DNA from: a virus
Lineage: Duplodnaviria > Caudoviricetes
Virus record (IMG/VR): IMGVR_UViG_3300032304_001218
Location: 1-58,414 of that record
DNA length: 58,414 nt
Strand: one strand, 5' to 3'
Every line of letters starts with the position of its first letter. Position 1 is the stretch's first letter. A model generated the notes under the pieces. That model worked only from the letters and a program-made list of their open reading frames with translations. It was not told where the DNA came from and ran no database searches. Made by a program: the position numbers and the translations under genes. Positions 39,701 through 48,133 of this stretch are shown piece after piece.

Positions 39701-42700
39701 GATCATCGAATACTGTTACATGTTCTTTAAGCACGAAGTACAGTTTTGCATAAAATAAACCGTCTGTGGTATTTGTGGTTTCTACTGTGACTGTTTGAAA
39801 ACTTCTGTTCACGTTGATAAATCTCGGAGCCAGAGGTTTGCCGTCAGCCTTTAATACTTGATAATCGTAAAATCCATCTAGAATATTATCAGACACGCCC
39901 ACAGGCACAGATATTTGCAATTTTTGTGCTGAGGGGCTGAGAGTAATTATAGCTCCAATATCCCAATTGTGTTTGGTCCAGAACATGAATTCTTTACACG
40001 CACTTAACCAATCTTGACTGGTTTGATTTATAGGATCATAATTGTCAAAAACTAAACCTTGGCTTTTTAGATAACTTTCGTACCCTAACAAAAAATCAAC
40101 CACTTGTTGGATGCTGGTCAATCTTGTGCCGTAGCTGATCTTTCTAGTAGCTATAACATTGAATGTTTTTCTTCTTTGAGCTTCCACTGCTCCAACTCGA
40201 GGTATATTTCCTAGTTTTTGCCAATTGGTTCTATCAAACTCTGAACCGCTGTTATGTGTTTTTAACGCACGATAAAAATTGCTTTGATATCTTACCAGCA
40301 CTCCGTTATTGTAGTTCTTGTCCTCGATCCAATTAGTAAACGATTCGCTGACTCCGCCAACTGAAATCACAGGATCTTGTTGGCTGGCTAAAGATTGATG
40401 ATAGTTAAAATACGGTTGTATGTTATCATAGCCTTTGACTAACCATCCTCCCTGAGTTTTTTCGAGGATAACTCCGCTGTATGTGATACTAGATATAGGG
40501 CTACTGACATTGAATATGATATCGTAGTTTTCAGGGGGAATAAAAATACTAGACGTAGTAGCTGCCGGACTCTTCGAATCTAAAAGGAATTTCTGCTGCT
40601 GTTGGTCGACAAATCCGCTCATCCTGTATGATAAACCCACATCAAGTTTTGATATCTTGTCTTGCAATGTGCTGGCAGTCATACCGCGTGAGTTAGTATA
40701 GCTGACCAGATATTTCACAAGTCCGACAGATACCTCACTGGTTACCGCTGGTGCAAGGTCAGCAGCGTTGACAAACAATTCGGTTGCTGAACTGACGTAT
40801 TGACCTAATTTATTCAACTGTGTGATTGATCTATCAAAATTATCTGTGATATATTCGAATGGTTTCAATAAACACATTGCTTCGATAACAGCAAATGGCC
40901 ATTCTGAACTAGATCTCCATGCATATTCTACCGGGCTAATATCTCCTAATACGAAAGGTCCGCGATTATTGATCAACGAAAATTCCTGTGCTAGGGTAGA
41001 AGACAGCGGACTCAACAGTTTACCATCCCCATCAACAGGTATGTGATTTATCAATCCAGGACGCTTGTATCTATCATAACGACCGGCTCGAATACCTTTG
41101 CGAATTATTCCAGCTTCGAGGTCTTCCCATAAAATCAAGTTATTACTAGTATATGGGGCTGCACCATATTCAGCCTCCCACCATGTGGGCTGTTCTGAGA
41201 ATCCCAACATTTCCCAAGGACAGCGATGTGGTCGGTCTGTGTCATAGAAATGCTGATATACTCCTCTCCACCACCCGGGAAGATTTTTGGTCCTAGTCGG
41301 ATCCGACATATTTGAATATGTGTAAGTGAATGAATTTTCGCTGTCAAAATATTCATTGAGAGTGTAGTTGATGTTGGTGTTTTGAATCCACTTTAGAAAA
41401 TCTTGAACAACTATAGAGTCTAGTTGTGATTTATTGTACTCACCAACACCGTAGTATCCGCCCAATATAGCATCGATATCAAATACAGTAGTATCGTACT
41501 GCTGTTTGATATTATTGTAAATTCTTAATTCGAATTCTAATAACAGATCATCTCGAAAATCGTTGTATGCAGCAGTGATGCTGCCGTCGTGTCCTTGTAT
41601 TACTAATCTGGGTTCTTGATATGTATCGTCAAGAAATTTCATGGGTAGATATTTTTTATACAGTCCCATTGATGTCGGTGTAGGCGGTATGTAATTACTA
41701 GCGGTTGAAACATACTCTCTAATTTCAATTATATCACCTTCTTGCAGTTCTACTAGTAATCTTACAAACCCAAAGGTTGATACAAATTCGTAGTCTTTGG
41801 TGTTGGCTAACTGTACTCTGTTCACATATACATATACTGCGCGAGTGCTGAGAGTTTGTAAATCAAATTTTTCTGATAAAGCAAAGGTCGTTATGCCAGT
41901 ATCTTCGACCACTGAGGTTATAGCTGTATAAGCGCCGGCGCCTAACGTATCAGAATATGCAAATGCATCGGTAGATTTTTTAGTAGCTGTCAAGCTATTC
42001 ACTATGTCATCTAAAAAATCAGAAACATTGTCATTAAAATCAATTTCAGTAGATCGTATTATCAGGTTGTTCTTGAAATCAGTATAGGCCTTTTGTGAGT
42101 ATTGCAGAGACTTGATTATATTATGTGTTTTATCACAGAGACTCATAACTGCTAGAGGAGCTACTCCGCTGTGTTTAAGAAATCGTTTGGAATGTTGTCT
42201 GTAATCTACTAAATCTCTAAGATTACCAAAACCTGGCATAGTGCCTATAAACTCTGTGTCCCATTCTACTGCGCTAGAAACGTGATCCAACGCCTGCCCT
42301 AATGTGAACGATGTCAGCTCTGCGTTGAAAGGATTTTTTTCTATGCCTACTGGTAATTCATAATATCCCTCATCAGGTTCTTCATCTACCAAAATTTTGA
42401 TCACCACAACATCGTTGACTGAAAATTGTGTAGAAAATGTAAATACTCCTCGCTGTCTAGTCCATGTTCCTTGATATTTTGTGCCGTTCACATAGAAGTT
42501 GATTCTAGGCTCTTGAGAGATTGCTTCCCATCTTATTGTGAAAAATCGCAATATATTTGTGGCAGTATCTACAACCTGACTGTCTATTATAGGTTGTAGA
42601 TACTCCTTAGATAATTCTCTCCACCCGTTGGCATAGGTATTTGCTATTTTATAGAAACCTGTGGCAATTTTTTTGTTCGCTGGTGCCTTATTGATAGTGT

Positions 42701-44702
42701 AATCAAAAGTGTCGGCATCCCAATTGAAATCAAACTGTATGTCTCCGATATTATCTATGTTTAGATAACTAATCCGAAAGCCTAATTCACTGTCAATGTT
42801 ACCGGTACCAGACTTGTAACTGACAATTGTCGAACCTTGAAATTGTGTATCTGCATACGTAGAAGCATCGCTAAAACTTACTTCATTGCTGTCAAATACA
42901 TCAAATCTCGGAGCTTGGTTTACTGAGGTTTTAGCCTGACTCGCAGTCCATGCTGTGCCTGTGTAGTGAAACATTTTGCCCTGATTCACAACGCCTCGAC
43001 GCACTAGCACACATTCGTCTCTGAGAGAATCGCTGTCATCTGCAGATATTAAATGTATTTGTTTTCGATTGTTGTGAGTAATAAAACTAACAGTATAAAT
43101 CCGATTATTAGCAAGACTGTCTGTGTCGGCCACTACTAGAATTCTAGCTCCCTCAAACAAAAATTCACCGTCTATGTTATATCCTGGAGATCCTTCTATA
43201 TTAGAAAATATGTCTGTGGTATTGGTGTCGATATAATCTACTGTTTGTTTGGCTGTAACTCCGTGATTAAACAATCTAAGACCAGCTACAAATTCTATAA
43301 TAGGACGTTTGGCTCGAGCTGATTCGGCCGCAGGAAAATCTTCACCTCTGCTCTTATAAGCCTGTTCTAGAACACTTCTGTGGAACCAACGATTATACCT
43401 ACTCCAAGGATTTTTGTCTGCACTATTTCTAGCAATAGTAATGTAGTCTTTGTATGTGGCAAACTCAGATGCGTCGTCGAACGGTTCTGTGTCAAATCCC
43501 GAATTGTCAAACAAAACTTCAGGCACATCTGTGGTCAATTTAGGCACAGTTAAATCGTTAAATCTAGTCAATGTTATAGCAGTGCCCACACCTTCTACCA
43601 ACCAAGCATCTCGAGAATATTGAGCCGGGGATGTGTTGCCTATGAATTCTACCACCATGCCATTACTAAATGCAATTCCGTTTCCGCTGATGTATGTGGT
43701 TTTTCCTATGATTTCAAGGTCCACGTTCACAAAACTATTGCTTTCTATATCGGCTATGACAAATCTACCGAACATATCGGGATTAATTTTACTCTGATAA
43801 TACAGAATATCCGGAGCGTCATAAGGAACTTCGAATGTCAAGGTGCCATTTTCTATGCCATTATTTGTAATACCTGTGCTGTAGTCTAAGGCATCCCCGA
43901 GGTTAGCTGGTTCTATGTATTGCCAATCTTCACTGTCTATGGTAATCGAGCTGGCGTCTAGACTGGTAACATCTCTGATAGCTTTCCATAATTTACCATC
44001 ATATACCACAAGACTACCTGCTAGATATTGTTTACTAGGTATAAACAACAGAGAGCCTGTGTCGTAGTTGGTACGTATGGCTAGGCCCTGCTCTGGTGCA
44101 TTTACCCTAAACTTGTAGGTTTGTCCTCTATACAGTGTCAGAGTGGGATTATTAGTGTAAGAATCTGGGGTAAACACAAATGAATTCGCAGTAGTTCCCA
44201 ATATCACTTTATAAGTGCTGACTATACCAACACTTTGTCCAGCGATCTGAATACTGCGTGGTCCTGTGGGTTCCCAATAGTATTCTCTATAATTGATAAA
44301 TTTATCCCACTCTATAGGAGGATCCCAAGTATAGTGTGTTTGTCCTGTGAACTTGTCGTCTCTTTCTATGGTGTTGCCAAAAAATTTCAGTTGATTTTTA
44401 ACATCGATATAGTCATAGAAGTTTTGTATTTTGTCATCGTCTCGATAGATCACACCAGGTTCCAGTTGATACCTGCTGCGCAGTGTGACATCTGTATCTA
44501 CGTAAACGTCTTTACCGTTGTAGGTTTTATCGTATCTACGACCAATGTATCCTACAACTTTGTCCAGTACTCCTGGTTGAATCAAAGGATCAAGTACACC
44601 TGATAAAAACTTGTCATTAGCAGGGGTTTGAAAAACCACTGGCAATAATTCTACTGATTTTCTGATTGGTAAATTGCTCTTAGGATAAAATTTATTTGCC
44701 AT
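30735..44702 (-). CDS. Giant (4655 aa) multidomain baseplate/virion structural protein, syntenic with T4 gp7
   Basis: Uninterrupted 14-kb ORF directly after the gp6-like gene. Contains FG-GAP-like propeller repeats, about seven YxxG(D/E)xVxY..W modules and IxxxGxGY beta repeats common in large-phage baseplate proteins. Confidence 0.7.
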   Translation of the reverse strand: MANKFYPKSNLPIRKSVELLPVVFQTPANDKFLSGVLDPLIQPGVLDKVVGYIGRRYDKTYNGKDVYVDTDVTLRSRYQLEPGVIYRDDDKIQNFYDYIDVKNQLKFFGNTIERDDKFTGQTHYTWDPPIEWDKFINYREYYWEPTGPRSIQIAGQSVGIVSTYKVILGTTANSFVFTPDSYTNNPTLTLYRGQTYKFRVNAPEQGLAIRTNYDTGSLLFIPSKQYLAGSLVVYDGKLWKAIRDVTSLDASSITIDSEDWQYIEPANLGDALDYSTGITNNGIENGTLTFEVPYDAPDILYYQSKINPDMFGRFVIADIESNSFVNVDLEIIGKTTYISGNGIAFSNGMVVEFIGNTSPAQYSRDAWLVEGVGTAITLTRFNDLTVPKLTTDVPEVLFDNSGFDTEPFDDASEFATYKDYITIARNSADKNPWSRYNRWFHRSVLEQAYKSRGEDFPAAESARAKRPIIEFVAGLRLFNHGVTAKQTVDYIDTNTTDIFSNIEGSPGYNIDGEFLFEGARILVVADTDSLANNRIYTVSFITHNNRKQIHLISADDSDSLRDECVLVRRGVVNQGKMFHYTGTAWTASQAKTSVNQAPRFDVFDSNEVSFSDASTYADTQFQGSTIVSYKSGTGNIDSELGFRISYLNIDNIGDIQFDFNWDADTFDYTINKAPANKKIATGFYKIANTYANGWRELSKEYLQPIIDSQVVDTATNILRFFTIRWEAISQEPRINFYVNGTKYQGTWTRQRGVFTFSTQFSVNDVVVIKILVDEEPDEGYYELPVGIEKNPFNAELTSFTLGQALDHVSSAVEWDTEFIGTMPGFGNLRDLVDYRQHSKRFLKHSGVAPLAVMSLCDKTHNIIKSLQYSQKAYTDFKNNLIIRSTEIDFNDNVSDFLDDIVNSLTATKKSTDAFAYSDTLGAGAYTAITSVVEDTGITTFALSEKFDLQTLSTRAVYVYVNRVQLANTKDYEFVSTFGFVRLLVELQEGDIIEIREYVSTASNYIPPTPTSMGLYKKYLPMKFLDDTYQEPRLVIQGHDGSITAAYNDFRDDLLLEFELRIYNNIKQQYDTTVFDIDAILGGYYGVGEYNKSQLDSIVVQDFLKWIQNTNINYTLNEYFDSENSFTYTYSNMSDPTRTKNLPGWWRGVYQHFYDTDRPHRCPWEMLGFSEQPTWWEAEYGAAPYTSNNLILWEDLEAGIIRKGIRAGRYDRYKRPGLINHIPVDGDGKLLSPLSSTLAQEFSLINNRGPFVLGDISPVEYAWRSSSEWPFAVIEAMCLLKPFEYITDNFDRSITQLNKLGQYVSSATELFVNAADLAPAVTSEVSVGLVKYLVSYTNSRGMTASTLQDKISKLDVGLSYRMSGFVDQQQQKFLLDSKSPAATTSSIFIPPENYDIIFNVSSPISSITYSGVILEKTQGGWLVKGYDNIQPYFNYHQSLASQQDPVISVGGVSESFTNWIEDKNYNNGVLVRYQSNFYRALKTHNSGSEFDRTNWQKLGNIPRVGAVEAQRRKTFNVIATRKISYGTRLTSIQQVVDFLLGYESYLKSQGLVFDNYDPINQTSQDWLSACKEFMFWTKHNWDIGAIITLSPSAQKLQISVPVGVSDNILDGFYDYQVLKADGKPLAPRFINVNRSFQTVTVETTNTTDGLFYAKLYFVLKEHVTVFDDRTVFNDIIYDKTTGYRQGRIKMQAFRTVDWDGDYTSPGFLFDNVDIQIWQPFRDYKLGDIVAYKSYNWTSLVNQLGTEQFNDSNWVKLDSQPQKQLVANFDYKIKQFSDYFETSSEGISQSQRDLARHAVGYQQRDYLQNLAEDPVSQFQLYQGFIREKGTSNSITKIFDKLSRSGSASIQLNEEWAFLLGRIGGTDQFTEIEIQLIKNKFLLNPQLFIVNNVETAKALDQYYRLTAADFTISSVPYTVDILPSSTETLPTQTAGYVSTGQYQHAIATIDDLVSLDISTVNENDHIWITFYQSSWTVLRANESQLAYIEAVVRVDDTVVTLTLNKPHAIAVNEFIGIRDIINLTGFFRVTAVTNNTVTVEVNADIQDPEIDTSTLSYLILLTSARFSDYANIDQRGAALLKNKSLVFVDDNGSEQWEVIEKNKLYTAKTVADFSVSSPLGAGTKVIYDNNLKHVIVSIPGSGFVNVYVETDTGLALKQIVAPPSGFYNIAVGSFGEKIAVSPDGKYLVIGAPLASGATNSYMGEWQTEVAYQQGDIVLYGGRLYRALNANANFVGLGDGSTQIAINSDDWEQHLTGIPLTESGRNPGYYQQGMIAIYQFVNGRYVNTDAFVSPRPSDNELFGSEITIGVNGTEYYMAVSAIGSYNNTGRVYLYKFTGSAWTHMENPLYKGIYDILESYKQGEIVWQASQDPVGEVVRGNLWQSLDGSTSDGSTITLESQNWLKVSDISTHCSLPTNISVEDDGSTQEFTTTGLLTDLQKAELVKQGDRFGFSMTMSRDGSILVIGAPDSDGQYFANYRGIWRGDVEYVEGEVVRYQGSPSDSYQYYQLGDVFLGPDSTYRSYNEDPSNSANWQQVGDSTTVASGKIFVYKKTSYDSYELTQMINAGSLSSFTDIDSGLVISTGDQFGFSMDIDSDGTTLVVSSPRADINYQDQGSVYLLELDKPVTEFRVKQKLQSFDIYANEYFGYAVSISPNAAKIAVGARNTKTSLPVNFDILGGTTFDNANTRFFIEQGFTGGVYVFDKKDQVFFLTEKLESSLQADESFGSSIDCVGNKILVGSPYYKNTSTNSTQGLARLFTASQDAVSWTPLTIQQPLIDLRKIKKTELYDNVRNIKIQDVDFINPAAGKILNIAEQEITFKTAYDPAIYSIGTDEVVVDTSVNWLEKNVGKLWWNIGTAKFQYAEQNDAAYRLGAWNQLAPGASVDVYEWVETVLLPNEWAALADTNLGLTQGISGQPLYPNNDVYSVKQFFSTYTGAVSETYYYYWVKNKAVVPTGMSDRTRSAAEVAGLISNPSGSGVAYVAFIDTDKFVTYNFNSVIQSDTALLNVQLRNNLESQVPVHSEYQLLTEAVADSLPSMKLENKWIDSLVGSDRAGNRVPDTDLSAKQKYGINYRPRQTMFVDRVLALKITIEYINNILKKEMFADTIDFTNLNKVDSEPSDVLNIFDVTVDNDQDLKTVGTVRIKQAILRGNLINGELDTIDIIDPGFGYKPKAAILGTSPQLYEGPPITISGDGVKASAVCRIDGQGRISQVILTNRGKKYSTINVQVRYFAVLVKNDATLNNFWSIYSWDNTRGVFFRSQSQAFDTTRYWSKINWTKPGYDSNLRIIREYNSIYDEINTKVNVGDIIKIKEYTSGGWAVFEKIADIGETFLDRYSIISRENGTIKLDASLYDTAAVGVGFDNTQAFDTTTYDVENAKELRNIFAAVKEDIFVGDYAVEWNKLFFTAIRQVLSEQQYVDWVFKTSFLNATHNVGAFEQKLNYKNDNLVSFQDYINEVKPYRTKVREYVSRYDTLENYAQSTADFDLPPTYSVVDGAVVPITSVRPELDVYPWKWWTDNRGYSVTAIQVYVNGTLYSTPPRVLIQGDGTGATAQAFIANGKVSGIRMLTTGTGYTKAPLVTLVGGNSTTAIQAKAVAVIGDTKVRTFDVSIKFDRLATVGIYQSLTQAQNFTANGTTAVFALSYAPTRDKTRISILKNDQVVLASEYTVNLYYQATDNYSLLRGKLIFNQAPSAGDVISVTYDKNITLFDAVNRINQSYAPKSGMIGKELNQLMTGIDFGGVQIQGTTFDVTGGWDALPWFTDNWDSVETSADYYFIVDGIRSFVDSTAVYLENEIVEVNGILYKALKNSVDTAGNIIIPGISEEWQTFWEIFTVRLPYIPNAGQKINIYIKRKNTNVTVRVDDEFYTANNDSSTGVNPSAEMPTFVGNGITDGIQIGQYLLVDNGDTLIFRPIESDGSVSITDDNILDTKLSGGSLSAISGAYVTATGTTAEEIAITGGKFVEPDHVPAPEENVPGQVLESVSIKVYNNSVPSDATLQSKISVANGVDKNFAIGQTVLEFKSVFVYVNNVPKILDTDYVIDQQAQTVQFVTAPADGLVVEILSIGIGGLGILDYQTYTADGNTGLFLTNANYDNTSQIFVTVNGKAVDVGFRNSTDVVDAVGRTLVDFGVFPLAGDVIKIVCFESAADTDSAGVAIVQVNSQTVYFEGSTRSFDLDGFTELIRGSAVSSMIVEVNGVVLTGPDTVFAVYDGTNNIFTLGQDPLETGGSILPVNVTVYVNGILQTYVSDWVFDGPTKVLTVNAASLSLGDNIKIENNRRSEYAIQGNSLIIDSAVNLNYTGDSTSSKIDITWFNEYPSLDIITDHTVGGKAQYQLSRPPLSASYVWVYKNGQRLRQEKDYFVSLPRAVVYLKTESTLTDDIKILNFSRNTFSLPVAYEIHKDMLNIYHYNRYAKGTVKLQRMLNYYDTEMQVDDATTLSNPISSRNIPGVISIAGERIEYMTKIGNTLGQLRRGSQGTAIADNYAVGTAIVDVGYSETIPYNETQERVDFTSNGTPDDSTIGSAQTIGPLSFVPAKSIRSGTWYRDTIPVTHGPCDQIEVFAGGRRLRKDPQSVWVEANGAYSPQADQLQEAEFSVDGSTAFIRLTTALPAGTRVSVLRRLGKTWYERGDITASKGIPLPDNNTTIARFISEKTTALPE

Positions 44703-44705
44703 GGT

Positions 44706-47700
44706 TTAAGTCGTTGATACGATTGAATTTATATTTGCGCCGATACTGGCAGCTGTGATTGCTGTGACTATTTCTACATCATCTACAGTTGCTCCGCTTA
44801 TTAATATCTCATCTGCTCTGCTCTGTATTTCAAACAAACTGCCAAATACCTGGGACGCTTGCTTAGGAACTATCACTATATTAGCGAGATCGGGTGCCAC
44901 AGAATTTAGAATATATGTGGTCAACTCACCCATGTAAAATCTATCACCAAAGTCCCAATTATTGATATCAAAAAACGCATTAATAGCACTAATTACACGT
45001 ACCTTGAGATCGTTGTCATTGACGGATTGATTTTGATTTTTTACTATCTTAAATACTGCCTGTAGTTTGGCATCTGCTTTGGTTCCGAATAATACCTTGT
45101 ATTTCACTGGATGATAAATTATATCATCGCTGATAGATTTAATAGGAGACAACACAGTACCGAAGGTAGTTCGTAAATCGTCGCTGGTAGGTGGCGTTGG
45201 TTCTACTCCTGATCCAACTGCTAGAAAAATTCTATAGGCTTGATCATAACTTCTAGTCAACAGATAGATGTCTATAATGTTGCTAGACGAAGGATCTATT
45301 CTTCGGTCTACGCTGGCGTTATGCACATACTGAAATTTGAGATTTCTTCTGCCAATTTCTGCTTTATATCGATTTACTGTATCTAAACTATTTGTGGTTC
45401 TGTTGATTTTTTTCACTATGTCTTCAGCTTGATCATAAAAATAAATCAACTGTTGATCTGGATAAGTCGCAGTATCATTGAAATTTATGAGAGATTCCTT
45501 TTCTCTAACTAGTATAAGATCGTTGGAATTATCTAGCAGATTAAAAACTTTAGTGCCGTACACATCAGTTATTTCTTCAAAAAATAAGAAGTTTAGATCT
45601 TGATCAACACCTACTAGATTTTCAAAACTATCAGGATTGTCTATAACTCCATCGTCATCAGAATCTCGAAATCCCAATTTGATTTCGTTGGTGCTTTCGT
45701 ATCCGTCATCAAATTTAATCGAATCACTGATCTCAAAATCAATATCTTGACGCAGTTCGTTGATTAGATCGCTAGCAGTGTTAATCCCTAGCACCTTGAT
45801 TTGATCTTTAACTACGGCACCTAGTTGATCGTTGTATCGTTTTTCGTTAACATCAAAGTAAAAACGATTTTGATTTACGCTGCCAAACACATAACTAAGA
45901 GTGCGTATTCTCACAGTGTAATTATCGGGCTGTTTTACAAATGCCACGATCCACGAACTATCTGCTGTGGTGTTAGTAATATCGCCTGATTTACCAAGAC
46001 TAAAATCGTCGGTGAGGTTGAGATTGCTAGCTGTGATTATTTTCCATTGAGATTCGGTATCAGAATATCTCAGCCCAAAATTAAGATTGGCTGCTGCCTG
46101 ATTGACTATTTCATTTTCTAGTGAGGTGTCGAGATTGTTGATAAATCTTGGCACGATTCTTTCAGCAATTGCTCCTGTTGGTATTACATCGCTGAACAGT
46201 ATCGGACCTAATCCGTTGGTCAACACGCCTCGGCCAGCATTAGTACCATCGCCGACTACTCTAACTACTTTGGTCCAAAGACTAGCAGTCTGAGTTGCAT
46301 CGTTGAGATTGGCTGGAACAATTTTTCCTTTTTTGAATGCCGATCCCTGAGGGGCTGTGAATTTTATAGAACTGTTTACCAATAGATATTTTAACACCGC
46401 AGTTGAATATGTGCCTACTCGAAGCAGTGAATTATCGATGACATTTTTAAAATATCCAGTATCACTAGAGACTGCTTGCCAAATTGTATTAGTATCTGTA
46501 AATAGTATTTTATTAAACTTTGTAAAATAAAAATTATAAACTTCAGTGTCTGTGAACACAGGTTCGATACTACGTCTAATAAAATTAATAATGTCTAACC
46601 TATTAGAAAATTTAAATGACAATGTGGATTCATTTTCTTGTTTATAGATATATCCATCATCACCAAACACATTGATACTGCTGTATTTGCCTGTGGCATC
46701 TAGAATATCAAAATTTCTACTGATTCCACTAGAGGTTCTATTTACGGCTTTGATTTTTAAAATATTTTGAGAGCTTGACAACGGTGCAAGATTGTAATCC
46801 TCTGCTGTTATCATTCTGTTCTGTGTGTAATATACCGCAGGAGCATTAGCCCTAACAACGTCGATGTCTTCTGATGCGGCTGAGTTCGACACTGTGGTTT
46901 GTAGCGCCAGCCCAATAGTTAATGTTTGTTCAATTCCAGATTTGTTAAGATATATCACACTGATATTGATGCCTCGCATTTCATTAGGATATATGATATA
47001 ACTTAATCCGTTACTGGTTCTATAAAATACTCTAAATGACCCTTGTGGCAGATTTCCGTACACGCCATCTGCGAATACCAAATCAATGTTGTCATCTTCT
47101 TTGGTGTTTACGGCATAGATATTACGAATGTCCTGAGAAATGCTGTTGTAGGCTATGTTGTTACCTACCAGAGATGATACCTTGGTCCACTCTTCTAATT
47201 GTGTGCCTTGTGAACTTAATGAAAATAACCACACATCGTCATTATTGATATTGCCTGCATCAACCGCAATTTTTTCGTTGGTTGTTGGAACATCTACAGT
47301 AAATTCTGCTAGTTCAAGAGTTCCCTGTTTGAACTGTATGAAAAATCCAGTGTTTGCACTGCCGGGTCCCGAGCCGTCATTCTTATATATGAAACCTAGT
47401 TGGTTTCCAGGTACCGGTGGCTCTTCATAAATATTTTCACTGTTCTTGAATGCTGTAGATACTATTTCAAATCCCATACCGAGGCCACTGACATTTGTAT
47501 TAAAGGAAAACAATGGCACATCTGAACTGATAGTACGAAATCTATATTGTTCTGTAGGGATCCCTTGGATTATAGCTGAACCTTGACTGCGACCAAATTC
47601 TGTGTTGTCGGCCATGGCACTGTTCAACACAGTGAGAAATTGTTCTAACCAGTTGGTATTGGTAGGGTCGTTCCAGGTTATCAACTGTTGGGCAAGATTC

Positions 47701-48104
47701 TTGCCATTGCTGTCTACGATATTATCGGTAGTGCTTATGGAGGTAAATTTTAATAGCCCTTTAGAAGTTACATTTCTCTTGGCATTATAACTCAGCATAC
47801 GAGCTATCCGCAGCACACTTTCTTTGGTTTCTGCAAGCTCAATGAAATTTTCACGGCTGGCAAGATCTATACGAAATGCAAGACTCTGTCCTAGAAAAGC
47901 GATTGCATCTATCAGCGCAAGATACTCGCTGGATTCTATATAGTCGTTGAAATCTTCCGGATAATTTTCTCTAAGGTAGGTAATAATGACCCTACGTAGA
48001 TTTTCAAAGTCGTAGCTTTTGAAATCAGCATTTCTAAATGTCTGATAGATTCTAGTCCAATCTTGATTTAAGATTAAATTATTTTGCCTGCTGGTTATTG
48101 TCAT
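44706..48104 (-). CDS. Baseplate wedge subunit (T4 gp6-like)
   Basis: DFENLR..YLR..FNDYIESS..LIDAIAF..ENFIELAE..SVLRIARMLSYNAKR N-terminus, FADGVYGNLP and RANAP...QNRMITAEDY. Confidence 0.8.
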   Translation of the reverse strand: MTITSRQNNLILNQDWTRIYQTFRNADFKSYDFENLRRVIITYLRENYPEDFNDYIESSEYLALIDAIAFLGQSLAFRIDLASRENFIELAETKESVLRIARMLSYNAKRNVTSKGLLKFTSISTTDNIVDSNGKNLAQQLITWNDPTNTNWLEQFLTVLNSAMADNTEFGRSQGSAIIQGIPTEQYRFRTISSDVPLFSFNTNVSGLGMGFEIVSTAFKNSENIYEEPPVPGNQLGFIYKNDGSGPGSANTGFFIQFKQGTLELAEFTVDVPTTNEKIAVDAGNINNDDVWLFSLSSQGTQLEEWTKVSSLVGNNIAYNSISQDIRNIYAVNTKEDDNIDLVFADGVYGNLPQGSFRVFYRTSNGLSYIIYPNEMRGINISVIYLNKSGIEQTLTIGLALQTTVSNSAASEDIDVVRANAPAVYYTQNRMITAEDYNLAPLSSSQNILKIKAVNRTSSGISRNFDILDATGKYSSINVFGDDGYIYKQENESTLSFKFSNRLDIINFIRRSIEPVFTDTEVYNFYFTKFNKILFTDTNTIWQAVSSDTGYFKNVIDNSLLRVGTYSTAVLKYLLVNSSIKFTAPQGSAFKKGKIVPANLNDATQTASLWTKVVRVVGDGTNAGRGVLTNGLGPILFSDVIPTGAIAERIVPRFINNLDTSLENEIVNQAAANLNFGLRYSDTESQWKIITASNLNLTDDFSLGKSGDITNTTADSSWIVAFVKQPDNYTVRIRTLSYVFGSVNQNRFYFDVNEKRYNDQLGAVVKDQIKVLGINTASDLINELRQDIDFEISDSIKFDDGYESTNEIKLGFRDSDDDGVIDNPDSFENLVGVDQDLNFLFFEEITDVYGTKVFNLLDNSNDLILVREKESLINFNDTATYPDQQLIYFYDQAEDIVKKINRTTNSLDTVNRYKAEIGRRNLKFQYVHNASVDRRIDPSSSNIIDIYLLTRSYDQAYRIFLAVGSGVEPTPPTSDDLRTTFGTVLSPIKSISDDIIYHPVKYKVLFGTKADAKLQAVFKIVKNQNQSVNDNDLKVRVISAINAFFDINNWDFGDRFYMGELTTYILNSVAPDLANIVIVPKQASQVFGSLFEIQSRADEILISGATVDDVEIVTAITAASIGANINSIVSTT

Positions 48105-48109
48105 ACCAA

Positions 48110-48117
48110 TATTTACC
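48110..48117 (-). promoter_or_regulatory. Late promoter variant (GGTAAATA)
   Basis: TAAATA core 5 nt upstream of ATG 48104; no SD. Confidence 0.5.
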
Positions 48118-48133
48118 TTAAAAAATTAAGTGG

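Noticed and set aside
30735-44702. Intein or stop-codon recoding as the explanation for the giant ORF
   Set aside because: No intein splice or LAGLIDADG motifs were noticed. Genes across the window are full-length in the standard code and end in TAA, TGA or TAG.
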